In this document: positions 50,060 through 63,936 of the stretch, one piece after another
How the letters are laid out: each line of letters opens with the position of its first letter
Numbering within the stretch: position 1 is the first letter of the stretch
Assembly (NCBI GenBank): GCA_963668315.1
Contig: OY764216.1
Location: forward strand, 192,001-256,000
DNA length: 64,000 nt
Direction of reading: 5' to 3'
From: Spirochaetia bacterium
GTDB taxonomy: Bacteria > Spirochaetota > Spirochaetia > DSM-2461
Notes under the pieces: model-generated
Seen by the model: only the letters and a program-made list of their open reading frames with translations
The model's database searches: none
Told to the model about the DNA's origin: nothing
Program-made: the position numbers and the translations under genes

Positions 50060-51352
50060 TCAGAATGTACGGCGCAGGAAAGATTCAACCTCTTCTACCC
50101 GATTCTCCACGAGAACGGCCTTCTTCTCCTTTTCCAGAAGACTGCTCAATGCGGGAGGAAGCTCCGGCTTGATTCCCAGTACCTTGTCCACCACTTCGGT
50201 AAACTTCCCGGGATGAGCCGTAGAGAGGGTGATAATCGGGGATTTCTCCCCCTTATCCCGGTATTTTTCAGCGGCAAGATAACCAACGGCCGTATGGGGA
50301 CACATCAGGTAGCCGTAATCCTTGTAGATACGTTTCATTGTTTCTTCCGTATCTGCGTCGGTAATCCAGTCCCCGCTGATCTGGCGCCTGAAATTTTCCA
50401 CATCCCTCTCATATAGGGTTTCCATGCGCTCATAATTGCTCGGGGCCCCCACATCCATGGCGTTGGAGTGGGTGGAGACGGAAGGTCGGGGCTTATAGAT
50501 TCCCGTTTCAAGGAATTCGGGGACTACACTATTCGCATTGGTGGCCGCTATAAATCTTTTTACCGGAAGCCCCCAGTCGGCAGCATAAAGTCCTGCGGTG
50601 ATATTTCCGAAATTCCCGCTGGGAACGCAAAAGACAGGGTTCTCAGAGCACTGCATCCGAGCCCAGACGTAATAGAATGACTGGGGAAAGAGCCGGCCGA
50701 TGTTAATGGAATTAGCCGATGACAGACCGAACTCTTTTTTAAGGGGGGCATTGTTAAAGGCTTCCTTAACCATCCGCTGGCAATCGTCAAATGATCCTTT
50801 TACCTCCAGGGCATGTATATTCCCCCCCAATGTGGTCAGCTGCTTCTCCTGAAGAGGACTGACCCGGCCGGAGGGGTAAAGAATAATGACGTCAATGTTT
50901 TCCTTGCCGTAGAAAGCACGGGCGACTGCACTGCCCGTGTCCCCCGAAGTGGCGGTCAGAATAATGGCCCGCTCTTTACCGTCCTTCAAAAACTCTTCCA
51001 TGGAAGAGGCCAGGAAGGAGGCACCGAAATCCTTAAACGCACAGGTGGGCCCGTGGAAGAGCTCCATAACCTTGATATTCTGCCCGACATCGGTCAGAAC
51101 CGGCTCAAAGTCGAAAGCGCGGGACACGATTCTTTCAGCGCCTTCCCTGTCTGTTTCATTCTTCAGAAAAGCGGCCGTCATCTCTGTTGCTATCGTATTA
51201 AAAGGAGTGGTAGTGTCAAACTGTTCATAAAGGCGGGTGAAGTCGATCGGTTCCGCGGGATAGTATAATCCCCCGTCCGGAGCCAACCCGATAAAGATGG
51301 CATCCTTGAAACTGGCCGATACATCGCTGCTTCTTGTACTCTTTAATAACAT
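50060..51352 (-). CDS. thrC: Threonine synthase
   Basis: GLAPDGGLY, ELFHGPTCAFKDFGA, ATSGDTG, SANSINIGRL, PSGNFGN, TAHPGKF. Confidence 0.95.
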   Translation of the reverse strand: MLLKSTRSSDVSASFKDAIFIGLAPDGGLYYPAEPIDFTRLYEQFDTTTPFNTIATEMTAAFLKNETDREGAERIVSRAFDFEPVLTDVGQNIKVMELFHGPTCAFKDFGASFLASSMEEFLKDGKERAIILTATSGDTGSAVARAFYGKENIDVIILYPSGRVSPLQEKQLTTLGGNIHALEVKGSFDDCQRMVKEAFNNAPLKKEFGLSSANSINIGRLFPQSFYYVWARMQCSENPVFCVPSGNFGNITAGLYAADWGLPVKRFIAATNANSVVPEFLETGIYKPRPSVSTHSNAMDVGAPSNYERMETLYERDVENFRRQISGDWITDADTEETMKRIYKDYGYLMCPHTAVGYLAAEKYRDKGEKSPIITLSTAHPGKFTEVVDKVLGIKPELPPALSSLLEKEKKAVLVENRVEEVESFLRRTF

Positions 51353-51598
51353 GTTTCACTAACTCCTTTTTCCGGGAATGCAATATCTCCGGAGTAAAGG
51401 AATTATCCCTATTTTACCTGATTTAATCAAGCCGATAGCTTATCCTTATGCAAAGGGCGGGAACGGAAAAAGAAGGAATATACCCGGGAATACATCACGG
51501 CATAGGCGATTATTCAAAGAAATGAAAAAACCCTTGTGATCTTTGGATTTCCCCGTTATTATGGAAAAAATCTGCAGTCAGATCAGAGGAGTACCATT

Positions 51599-53065
51599 GT
51601 GTTCTTTCTAATTCCATTCGCTGTAATTATTATCCTATTAGTCATCATCCTTCTACGGACTATCCGTTTCTCCATGAATCGCCAGGATTTAACCGGAATT
51701 CCCGCTGAGGTTTCAACGACAGACGGGGCAAGGGCTGCTGATAGTCTCTCCCGGGCTGTCCGGTTCAAGACGGTATCCTATAGTGATTACGCCCTGTTTA
51801 ACTACAGCGAATTTATTGCCTTTCTGGATTTTCTGAAAGAGCGGTACCCTCTGGTTAACAGCACGTTTGAATCGGAAGTTATCAACACATACAGCATTGT
51901 ATACAGATGGAAAGGAATCGATTCCACCCTCAACCCCCTGCTTCTTCTCGGACATTACGACGTCGTCCCCGTTGAAAAAGGAACAGAAGAGAAGTGGAAG
52001 TACCATCCCTTCGGCGGCATCATAGAGGAGGGAAAGCTCTGGGGCCGTGGAAGCCTGGATATGAAAGTGCAGATTATCTCCCATCTTGAAGCGGCGGAAG
52101 AGTTGCTCAAAGAAGGATTTACCCCGCTGAGAGATATTTGGTTTTCCTATAATTTCGATGAAGAACAGAGAGGAATGCGCGGAGCTTCCGAGGCGGAAAA
52201 ATACTTTAGGGACAGGGGAATCAGATTCGATACCGTGTTTGATGAAGGCGGATGTATCGTCCAGGGAGCGATGCCCGGCGTTGAGCCTCCCCTGGCTCTG
52301 ATAGGACTGGGAGAAAAGGGCTGTTCCAATATACGGATTCGTGTAAAAGGAACTGGAGGGCACTCCTCCATGCCTCCCCGTCATACGGCGCTGGGAAAAC
52401 TCAGCCGCATTATTACCGATCTTGAAAACAACCCCATGCCTTCCCGCCTTACCGCACCTGTCAGAGAAATGCTGGCGGAAACGGGTCCGGAGATGTCTCT
52501 TCCCACGAGAATTGTCCTTTCAAATCTTTTTCTGTTCAAACCGCTCCTTATGAAGATTTTTTCTGCCAATTCCAAGACAAATGCCATGATAAGGACCTCT
52601 CTATCAGCCACAATGTCCCATTCAGGCGATGCCCCGAATGTGCTTCCCCTGACGGCAGAAGCCGTTATCAATGCGCGCCTTTTACCGGGAGACAGCTACA
52701 ATGACGTTATTGAACATATCAAAAAAGTGGCAAGCAAGAGCTGCTTACCCGAAGAGATTGAATTTGAAGCCCTTCTCAAAGATGAAGCATCGGCCCTTTC
52801 CCCTTCCGATACGGAGCAGTACGGGAAGATAAAGCGAACCATAAACGAATTCTATCCCCAGGCACTTGTATCTCCCTATCTGATGATGGGGGGCAGTGAC
52901 TCGAGTAAATTTACCTCCCTGAGTGATCATGTGTACCGCTTTATGCCCATTCTCATAAACAATGAAGAACTGGGCACGATGCATAACAGCAATGAACACA
53001 TTTCTCTGGAAAATATTACCCGTTCCACGGCATTTTTCAAAAAATTCATTTCCGATTATTCCTGA
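51599..53065 (+). CDS. M20 family peptidase/amidohydrolase with N-terminal membrane anchor
   Basis: GHYDVVP, GRGSLDMK, DEE, DEGG, GGHSSMPP, HNSNE; GAGGAG RBS before GTG 51599. Confidence 0.88.
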   Translation: MFFLIPFAVIIILLVIILLRTIRFSMNRQDLTGIPAEVSTTDGARAADSLSRAVRFKTVSYSDYALFNYSEFIAFLDFLKERYPLVNSTFESEVINTYSIVYRWKGIDSTLNPLLLLGHYDVVPVEKGTEEKWKYHPFGGIIEEGKLWGRGSLDMKVQIISHLEAAEELLKEGFTPLRDIWFSYNFDEEQRGMRGASEAEKYFRDRGIRFDTVFDEGGCIVQGAMPGVEPPLALIGLGEKGCSNIRIRVKGTGGHSSMPPRHTALGKLSRIITDLENNPMPSRLTAPVREMLAETGPEMSLPTRIVLSNLFLFKPLLMKIFSANSKTNAMIRTSLSATMSHSGDAPNVLPLTAEAVINARLLPGDSYNDVIEHIKKVASKSCLPEEIEFEALLKDEASALSPSDTEQYGKIKRTINEFYPQALVSPYLMMGGSDSSKFTSLSDHVYRFMPILINNEELGTMHNSNEHISLENITRSTAFFKKFISDYS

Positions 53066-53066
53066 G

Positions 53067-53960
53067 ATGCAAAAAGTAAGAACATTTTTAATTAATAAAA
53101 TACCGGAAGACATCAGCTCAAAAAAAACAGTAACAGTAAAAACCGGGTTTCTGGTTAACAGTACTCATCGTGATGTCATCATCAGCCAAAGGGATAAACG
53201 TTATTCCCTCTCTGTTAACAATATGAAAAACGGCACAAAGGACAAGGAGTATGAGATTCCCCTTTCCCACAAAGACTTTCATACGCTCTGGCCCGCCACG
53301 ATCGACAGCAGGGTGGAATTCAAGCGCAGAACGATTCTGAGAGACGATATAATGCTGGAGATCCACACCTATTCAGGTCATCTATCAGGATTAATAACCG
53401 GAAAGATACGTGCCGTTAATCAGGCTGACTCCTCTCCATTGCCTATTCCTCGTTATTTCAATGAGGAACTGACCTTTGACTCAAGATTCACAACAAGAAA
53501 CCTATCCACTCTCGACTATGGTGATATCAGCGAAACACTTTCTCTGGGAGACATGAAGCATTATCCTCTGATGGGTACACTACCCTATATAATAGAAGAA
53601 GGAATGCTTAAGGTCATGGTTGTATCGACCCGATCCAATAATGGCTGGATTTTTCCCAAAGGACAGCCAATAATCGGAAAATCCGAAATGGAAGTTGCCC
53701 TCCTGGAAGCTTATGAAGAAGCGGGGATCAGGGGGACTATAACCGGAAACCCGATTGTTGTGCCCTATCTGAAGAAAACGGGTATTTACTCCATGATCCT
53801 CTACCCTATGGCCATAACATCCGTTCTGAAAAGATGGCCCGAAGAGAGCGAGCGAAGTCGAGCCCTTCTCACTCCCAGGGAAGCCGGGAAGAAAATGAAA
53901 CAACAGGGGATGAAGAGCGCCTTGGGCTGGCTGGAATATCTCCGGGAATATTCCTCATGA
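53067..53960 (+). CDS. Degenerate CYTH-like domain fused to a NUDIX hydrolase
   Basis: N-half EYEIPL...F..LWP...EELTFDSRF; C-half WIFPKG...EAYEEAGI. Confidence 0.65.
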   Translation: MQKVRTFLINKIPEDISSKKTVTVKTGFLVNSTHRDVIISQRDKRYSLSVNNMKNGTKDKEYEIPLSHKDFHTLWPATIDSRVEFKRRTILRDDIMLEIHTYSGHLSGLITGKIRAVNQADSSPLPIPRYFNEELTFDSRFTTRNLSTLDYGDISETLSLGDMKHYPLMGTLPYIIEEGMLKVMVVSTRSNNGWIFPKGQPIIGKSEMEVALLEAYEEAGIRGTITGNPIVVPYLKKTGIYSMILYPMAITSVLKRWPEESERSRALLTPREAGKKMKQQGMKSALGWLEYLREYSS

Positions 53961-53974
53961 AAGATACATTATCA

Positions 53975-54847
53975 TTAGTCTCCGAACTGTTTAGCCAGAT
54001 CATCTAAACTGTTCGTCAAGGAAGATATTTCTGCGGATTTTTCTCTGATTGTGTCAAGGAAACCGTAACTTGCCATTCCCGGTCCTACATAATATTCGGT
54101 GGACTCTCCTGCCTCTTTATTGAACAGATCCGCCAAAATCAGGAGTTCATCCCTTTTCCTCTCTATCTCACTTATTATGGCTCTCATACGAAGGAGGATG
54201 TCACGTTTTTCATTGATTCCATTGCTGTCAAAGCTGGCACTGCCGGCTGTATCAATCTGTGTCTCGGCCATATCTAACTCAACCAGGGCCTTTGAAATCT
54301 GACTATCGGAATGGATTTTATACTCCTGAAACGTTTTTTCAATGTCAGCTGTCAAAACACGGACGAGGGAGTAACTCTCTGCCATTTTATTAAATTTTTG
54401 AGATTCCTTCTCATAACGATCTGCCATTCCATTAAAGCCTTCAAATAGATCGGAAAACCTATCCTTCTCCCCTAAAAACTCCTCATATTTGTCTTCATCT
54501 GACTCAATTCTTTTCTGACCGTCTATGATCCTGTATACTGCTTCACGGGATTTCTCCATTAAGCCCAATTGAGCTTTCATCGAACGAAAAGAACTATTCA
54601 TTTCTTGCAGGATCAAATCAAAATCAGGATAGGGAACCATGGAAGGGTCGGAAATATTCTTTCTTATCCCGGCAATAACTTCGCTTTTATCATTGAAATC
54701 TTTTTCGGCAGCTGTTACCGCTTCTTCCGCCATAGAAAGACCGGAGTCAAAATATTTCTTAATATCCGAAGAATTGTAGTAGGTAACACATCCGGTAATG
54801 GATATCAATAAAACAGAAAATAACGGGATTAATATCATAGGTTTCAT
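53975..54847 (-). CDS. Hypothetical helical lipoprotein
   Basis: Lipobox ISITGC; coiled-coil-like composition. Confidence 0.65.
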   Translation of the reverse strand: MKPMILIPLFSVLLISITGCVTYYNSSDIKKYFDSGLSMAEEAVTAAEKDFNDKSEVIAGIRKNISDPSMVPYPDFDLILQEMNSSFRSMKAQLGLMEKSREAVYRIIDGQKRIESDEDKYEEFLGEKDRFSDLFEGFNGMADRYEKESQKFNKMAESYSLVRVLTADIEKTFQEYKIHSDSQISKALVELDMAETQIDTAGSASFDSNGINEKRDILLRMRAIISEIERKRDELLILADLFNKEAGESTEYYVGPGMASYGFLDTIREKSAEISSLTNSLDDLAKQFGD

Positions 54848-55030
54848 AGTGGCCTCTATGAATATTGTAAACAATGAAAAATATAACTTCCACTTAATGT
54901 TCCCATAAAAAACAGGCGAAAAGAGGCGGTAATCTTCGGAACATGGATGAGTATGTATTGATAGCCTAGGGAAGTATAAACGGTCGGTTCGAGTACAAGA
55001 ATTAAAAGAGGACGTTATAACAAAAAAAAG

Positions 55031-55141
55031 CCTGGCGACGACCTACTCTCCCACGGGAACCGCAGTACCATCGGCGCAATTGAGCTTGACTTCTGTGTTC
55101 GGTATGGGAACAGGTATAACCTCAACGCTATAATCACCAGA
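55031..55141 (-). rRNA. rrf: 5S rRNA
   Basis: Complement of conserved 5S segments (cctggcgacgacctactctccc...ttcggtatgggaacaggt). Confidence 0.95.
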
Positions 55142-55302
55142 CAAATTAACATTGTTATGGCGTACGAACGACCTAAGCCGATCCGTACTATTTCTGATAG
55201 AGCTTCTCAGACAAACATCATCTGAAAAAACTAAACTCTAATTTCTCATTTGAGCGGAGCTCAAAAGGGAAGTTACAGCTTCCATCAGGGATAAAGAATA
55301 AT

Positions 55303-58218
<2,916 letters not shown>

Positions 58219-58377
58219 ATTATCCTTTATCCCTTCTCTATCATCGCGATACCTACAAGCATTGAAACTGTACGCTTACCGGTATAACCCACACGGATTA
58301 GTAACCGAAAAACTTGGTATCTATCATCCTGCATATATCAGAATGTTTATTTAAAGATCAATGAGCTTATGCTCGTT

Positions 58378-58451
58378 TGGAGGTACAGGGACTCGAACCC
58401 TGGACCCCTAGAATGCAAATCTAGTGCTCTAGCCAACTGAGCTATACCCCC
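58378..58451 (-). tRNA. tRNA-Ala (TGC) in the 16S-23S spacer; CCA not encoded
   Basis: Cloverleaf GGGGGTA/TACCTCC with G3:U70, anticodon loop TT-TGC-AT, T-loop TTCGAGT. Confidence 0.96.
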
Positions 58452-58565
58452 AAATTATATAAAAAAGAGAAGCTTGAACAACGGGAACTTGTGCTGTTTC
58501 TGTCATGCCCAGTGTGTACAAATCACTGGGACTTTCGAATCAATTAAGATTCTGTACCTTTCTCA

Positions 58566-60108
<1,543 letters not shown>

Positions 60109-60419
60109 ATAATTAACTGTCCGAAGACAGTTACTAATCAATAGTTAAGTAGATCCACAACTAGGAATAGTTGCTTCTCAAAACAAAACATCAAAACAAT
60201 TTCTCATCTTGCTGACTTTGTTCGCCATTATATTAATAAATGGTCTTGGAATTGACAGAAACTATTTAAAAAACATTGCTATTCAAATTAAACAATACTC
60301 AAGTTCCCGTTATTCAAACTTCCCTTCTCTAAATCTTTTTCTAAGAACAAGTTGCCTTACCTCGGCAAGTACCGTGCCGCACCGCAGTGCTTCTGGACTT
60401 CCTCAGTGGCGCGAGCAGT

Positions 60420-60599
60420 AATTTACTACAACCCGCTTTTTTTGTCAACCGGCTTTCAAAACTTTTTGAAAAAGTTTTTCAGGCCGATCGGCTCAGGGTT
60501 CCAGGCTTTTCGGCCTTTATCCTCGGCTCTGTGCGGTGAGTTTCGTTCACCCCGTCAGAGCGCGAGGAGGAATATACAGGTTCAGCAGAAAACTGTCAA
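60420..60599 (-). promoter_or_regulatory. Tandem rRNA promoters P1 and P2
   Basis: TTGACA(60599-94)-17-TATATT(60576-71) and TTGACA(60448-43)-17-TAAATT(60425-20), each with an A/T-tract upstream. Confidence 0.75.
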
Positions 60600-60857
60600 C
60601 AGCAATTCTGAAAAAACTTTGAAAAATTGAAAGATGACCAGTTCTGGGGCGTTATGACCAGAGAGAAGGGGTATTTAAGAGCAAAAGGGGAATGATGGGG
60701 CCGGGACCTGGAGAAGAGGTTGACCGCGAAAGTCATGAAAAGCGCTAAGAAAATGAAGAAGTTGGGGATGAGCTCCCGGTCTTTCTCTTGTCAGCGGGAT
60801 CTGCGCTTTTCTTGCTCGGGAGCTGAGGGGTCAGGTCGTCTTTCTGCTGACATACGC

Positions 60858-61035
60858 TTTATGTGGTTAGATTGTTTTCGATATAACGGCTTCTTTGTCG
60901 TTATTAGATCGCTTTCAATATAACACCCTCCTTGTTGTTATTAGATCGTTTTCAATATAAGACCCTCCTTGTCGTTATTAGATCGTTTTCAATATAACGC
61001 CCTCCTTGTCGCTATTAGATCGTTTTCAATATAAC
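60858..61035. repeat. 37-bp tandem repeat, about 5 copies (first degenerate, last partial)
   Basis: Unit ttgtcgttattagatcgttttcaatataacgccctcc starting at 60858, 60895, 60932, 60969, 61006. Confidence 0.93.
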
Positions 61036-61143
61036 CCGGCCAGTCACCCTAAACGCCGCTCCATGTCCGCCTTCAGCGGGAGGGGCCGCCCAACCTCTTC
61101 CCATATACTGGTATATGACGGGGAAATTTCTTATATTGGAGGA

Positions 61144-62352
61144 ATGAAAGATTATGACTATTTGATTATCGGGGCTTCCAAGGCGGGAATGACGGCTGCG
61201 GAAACGCTGCGCGGGCATGACGGAGAGGCTTCGATAGTGATGATTAACGGGGAGGACAGGCTCCCTTATAAAAGAACGGGGCTGACGAAAAAGCTCGCGG
61301 CGGGATTTGACTGTGATGAGTTTGCCCTCCACCCTTTTGAATGGTACGGGGAGAACGGGATTGACCTGATAACCTCTCCCGCGGTGGTTCTGAACGGGAA
61401 AAACCGCACTGTGACGGTGGAGTCGGGGGAAGTTTTCAAGGCGGGGAAGATTCTGATTGCCACCGGGGCCGTTCCCAGGAAGATAGGTATTCCCGGAGAG
61501 GAGGAGATCTGCCATCTGCGAAGGGCCGATGAGACGGAAAAGATTCGCGCCGCTCTGAAGAAGGGCGACCGGGTTCTGGTCATCGGCCAGGGCGTGGAAG
61601 GGGTCGAGATGGCGGAGCAGCTCTCGCTGAGCGGACTGTCGGTGCTTTCCTTGAGCAGCAGTTCCCGGCTTATGTCCCGCTGGCTGGATCCTTTCCTTTC
61701 CCGGAGGCTGGCCGATCTGCTGGCGGCCCACGGGATAGAGCTTCTTTTCGACCGCACTCTCCTCTCCCTGACGCCGGGGGAGAAGAAGATCCTCGCGGTC
61801 CGGTCGCCGGAAGGGCCGGAAGAACATGCCGCCGATCTGGTTCTCGCGTCCATCGGCGTTCAGGCGGATACGGCGCTGCTGGCGACCCCGGAGGGGAAAA
61901 GTCTCCTCGGCAGGGGGGGCATTCGCTGTAATTCCTTTCTGCAGACGGACTGGGACGGGGTATTTGCCGCTGGCGATGTGGTGGATGTTCCCGGCGGATG
62001 GGCAACGGGACTTTGGCATTCGGCGGAGCACCAGGGCCGGATTGCCGCTTTGAATATGGCGGGGGTTCCCACGGAATGGACGAATCTTCCGGTCAGACTG
62101 AAGTGCGAGGTTTTCGGGGATTTCTACTTTTCCATGGCCTACGATCTGGTTCAGAGTGAAAAGGATGGGGAGGAAAAGACTCTCATCTGCGATGATGCCC
62201 GTTATCTCAGGGTTTTCTTCAGGGAAGGCCGCCTCAGGGGCGCCCTTATGCAGGGGATGAAGGCCTTTGCCAAGCCTCTGGCGAAGCTGGTCGTCGACGG
62301 TGGTACCGAAGAAGAACTCCGGGAGAGCCTCGGCAAAGGCGGTTTCTGCTAG
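61144..62352 (+). CDS. FAD-dependent NAD(P)H oxidoreductase (rubredoxin/ferredoxin reductase-like)
   Basis: IIGASKAG, LIATGA, IGQGVEGVE, QT....VFAAGDV. Confidence 0.85.
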   Translation: MKDYDYLIIGASKAGMTAAETLRGHDGEASIVMINGEDRLPYKRTGLTKKLAAGFDCDEFALHPFEWYGENGIDLITSPAVVLNGKNRTVTVESGEVFKAGKILIATGAVPRKIGIPGEEEICHLRRADETEKIRAALKKGDRVLVIGQGVEGVEMAEQLSLSGLSVLSLSSSSRLMSRWLDPFLSRRLADLLAAHGIELLFDRTLLSLTPGEKKILAVRSPEGPEEHAADLVLASIGVQADTALLATPEGKSLLGRGGIRCNSFLQTDWDGVFAAGDVVDVPGGWATGLWHSAEHQGRIAALNMAGVPTEWTNLPVRLKCEVFGDFYFSMAYDLVQSEKDGEEKTLICDDARYLRVFFREGRLRGALMQGMKAFAKPLAKLVVDGGTEEELRESLGKGGFC

Positions 62353-63644
62353 CGGTTCAGCATATAGGTCAGGGATTTTTTCAGGTTTTCCCAGATTGCC
62401 AGCCGTCTGGCATCATCGTTCTCCAGAAGGGTGACCCGGAACCCGGGAAGGTCGGAACAGAATCCGCTCAGGGGAACCGTGCAGAGCCCGGCTCCGCCCA
62501 GAAGGTTATACACCAGCTGTTTGTCCCGGGCGGCATCGGCGACCAGGGGGTCAAGATAGGAGGCGATCTCCGGCTTCAGGGGGAGAGGACGGAAATCGGC
62601 CAGCCTCTCCTGGTCCAGGAGCACGGTCAGATAGAAGGCGCCCTTGGGCAGATTGACCCGGACGCCGGGAATGGTATTGAGTATGTCAACCGCTTCCACG
62701 GCGCGGCGGCTGAACATGTCGGCCCGCCTGTCCAGGTGCTCCCGGTAGCGGGGATCGCCGAAGACGAGGGGGATGGACATCTGGGGAAGGCTCGTGGAAC
62801 AGACTTCCAGCCGCTTGGCATCGATAAGGGATTTAATGAAGCGGTCGAAGTTCGCATCCCGGCTCCGGTTGAAGATCTCCATCCAGCCGCAGCGGCCGCC
62901 GGGCCAGGGATACTCCTTGCTGATGCTGCGCATGGCGATTCCCGGAACTTCCCCGATAACTTCACTTAAATGGCAGGTTTCTGCGCCGTTGTAGACGATG
63001 TGGGCATAGGTTTCGTCGCACAGAACAAAAAGATCGTACCGGCGGGCGATATCCACGATGCCCAGAAGGACCTCCCGGGGATAAACGGCGCCGGTGGGAT
63101 TATCCGGATTGATGAGAAGAATGCCGGCGATGGCATCGTTATAGCGGACTTTATTTTCCAGGTCTTCCAGATCGGGCATCCAGTTGTTCTCGGGATCCAG
63201 CTTATAGGTGGTATGGTCGTATCCCGAATGGGCCGCTTCGGCACTGGACAGGGTGGAATAGGCGGGCGAGGGTCCGATAACCCGGGCTTCCCTTTTGAGA
63301 AAGGCGAACAGGGTGGATACGGCATCGCCCAGGCCGTTGAAAAAAATGATATCGTCCCCGGTGATTTCACAGCCGCCGCGCTGATTCACATGGTCGGCCA
63401 GAAAATCCCGGGTGTGGTAATCCCCTTCGGTTGCCGTGTAACCGTAACTGTGGCTCTGCGACGCCAGGTCGACAACGATATCGCGGATCCAGGGGGCCAC
63501 TTCCTCCCCCTTCTGGATGGGGTCGCCTATGTTTTCATAGGTCATTGCCACCCCCATGGCTTCCAGACGTCTGGCTGTGCCGACAATTTCCCGGATTTCA
63601 TAGCGGAGCCTGTCGGCCCCTTCCCATACGATGCTTCGTCTCAT
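62349..63644 (-). CDS. PLP-dependent class I/II aminotransferase, AlaA/AlaT (alanine transaminase)-like
   Basis: YEIR, ENIGDP, INPDNPTGAVY, DETY, SISK....PG.RCGW; RBS GGAGGAG before ATG 63644. Confidence 0.8.
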   Translation of the reverse strand: MRRSIVWEGADRLRYEIREIVGTARRLEAMGVAMTYENIGDPIQKGEEVAPWIRDIVVDLASQSHSYGYTATEGDYHTRDFLADHVNQRGGCEITGDDIIFFNGLGDAVSTLFAFLKREARVIGPSPAYSTLSSAEAAHSGYDHTTYKLDPENNWMPDLEDLENKVRYNDAIAGILLINPDNPTGAVYPREVLLGIVDIARRYDLFVLCDETYAHIVYNGAETCHLSEVIGEVPGIAMRSISKEYPWPGGRCGWMEIFNRSRDANFDRFIKSLIDAKRLEVCSTSLPQMSIPLVFGDPRYREHLDRRADMFSRRAVEAVDILNTIPGVRVNLPKGAFYLTVLLDQERLADFRPLPLKPEIASYLDPLVADAARDKQLVYNLLGGAGLCTVPLSGFCSDLPGFRVTLLENDDARRLAIWENLKKSLTYMLNR

Positions 63645-63683
63645 CTTCGTACTCCTCCGCCGTCTGTTCCGGGGCCGGGATAT

Positions 63684-63751
63684 AAAAAAACCGCGGTCCC
63701 CGATGGGAACCACGGCATGCTTTCATGTTAAACGGTCAGCCGTGCATTCCC
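63684..63751 (-). promoter_or_regulatory. Attenuator (terminator/antiterminator) upstream of the aminotransferase
   Basis: Terminator CCGTGGTTCCC-ATC-GGGGACCGCGG-T7 (63715-63684); antiterminator GGGAATGCACGGC (63751-63739) pairs with GCCGTGGTTCCC. Confidence 0.8.
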
Positions 63752-63819
63752 CTGAAAAGGGCCGCGGCCGCCTGGGCTGAGAGTTTACCGAATTGTGTAA
63801 TACGGATCATTTCTGCCAT
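63736..63819 (-). CDS. Ala-rich leader peptide MAEMIRITQFGKLSAQAAAALFRGMHG
   Basis: 5 Ala in 6 consecutive codons; ATG 6 nt after a TATTAT -10 box; stop adjoins the antiterminator strand. Confidence 0.75.
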   Translation of the reverse strand: MAEMIRITQFGKLSAQAAAALFRGMHG

Positions 63820-63825
63820 GGCCTC

Positions 63826-63854
63826 ATAATAACCGGAGCTTCGGGGCTGGTCAA
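63826..63854 (-). promoter_or_regulatory. Sigma70-type promoter of the leader-aminotransferase transcript
   Basis: TTGACC (63854-63849), 17-bp spacer, TATTAT (63831-63826). Confidence 0.75.
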
Positions 63855-63936
63855 GGGCGGAGAAAAGGCTATTTTATGGCGGTTCCGGAGTAAAACGGGC
63901 CTATGCGAAAAAAAAGAAGGGGTATATGATAGTCCT

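Noticed and set aside
60858..61035. CRISPR array
   Set aside because: Units are head-to-tail and the roughly 12 nt between cores are near-identical, so there are no unique spacers; no cas genes in the window.
61006..61143. N-terminal extension of the oxidoreductase starting in the tandem repeat
   Set aside because: The Rossmann motif begins right after ATG 61144, which is preceded by GGAGGA.
63700..63716. T-box-like string gggaaccacgg
   Set aside because: It is on the non-coding strand relative to the aminotransferase and is simply the complement of the terminator arm.
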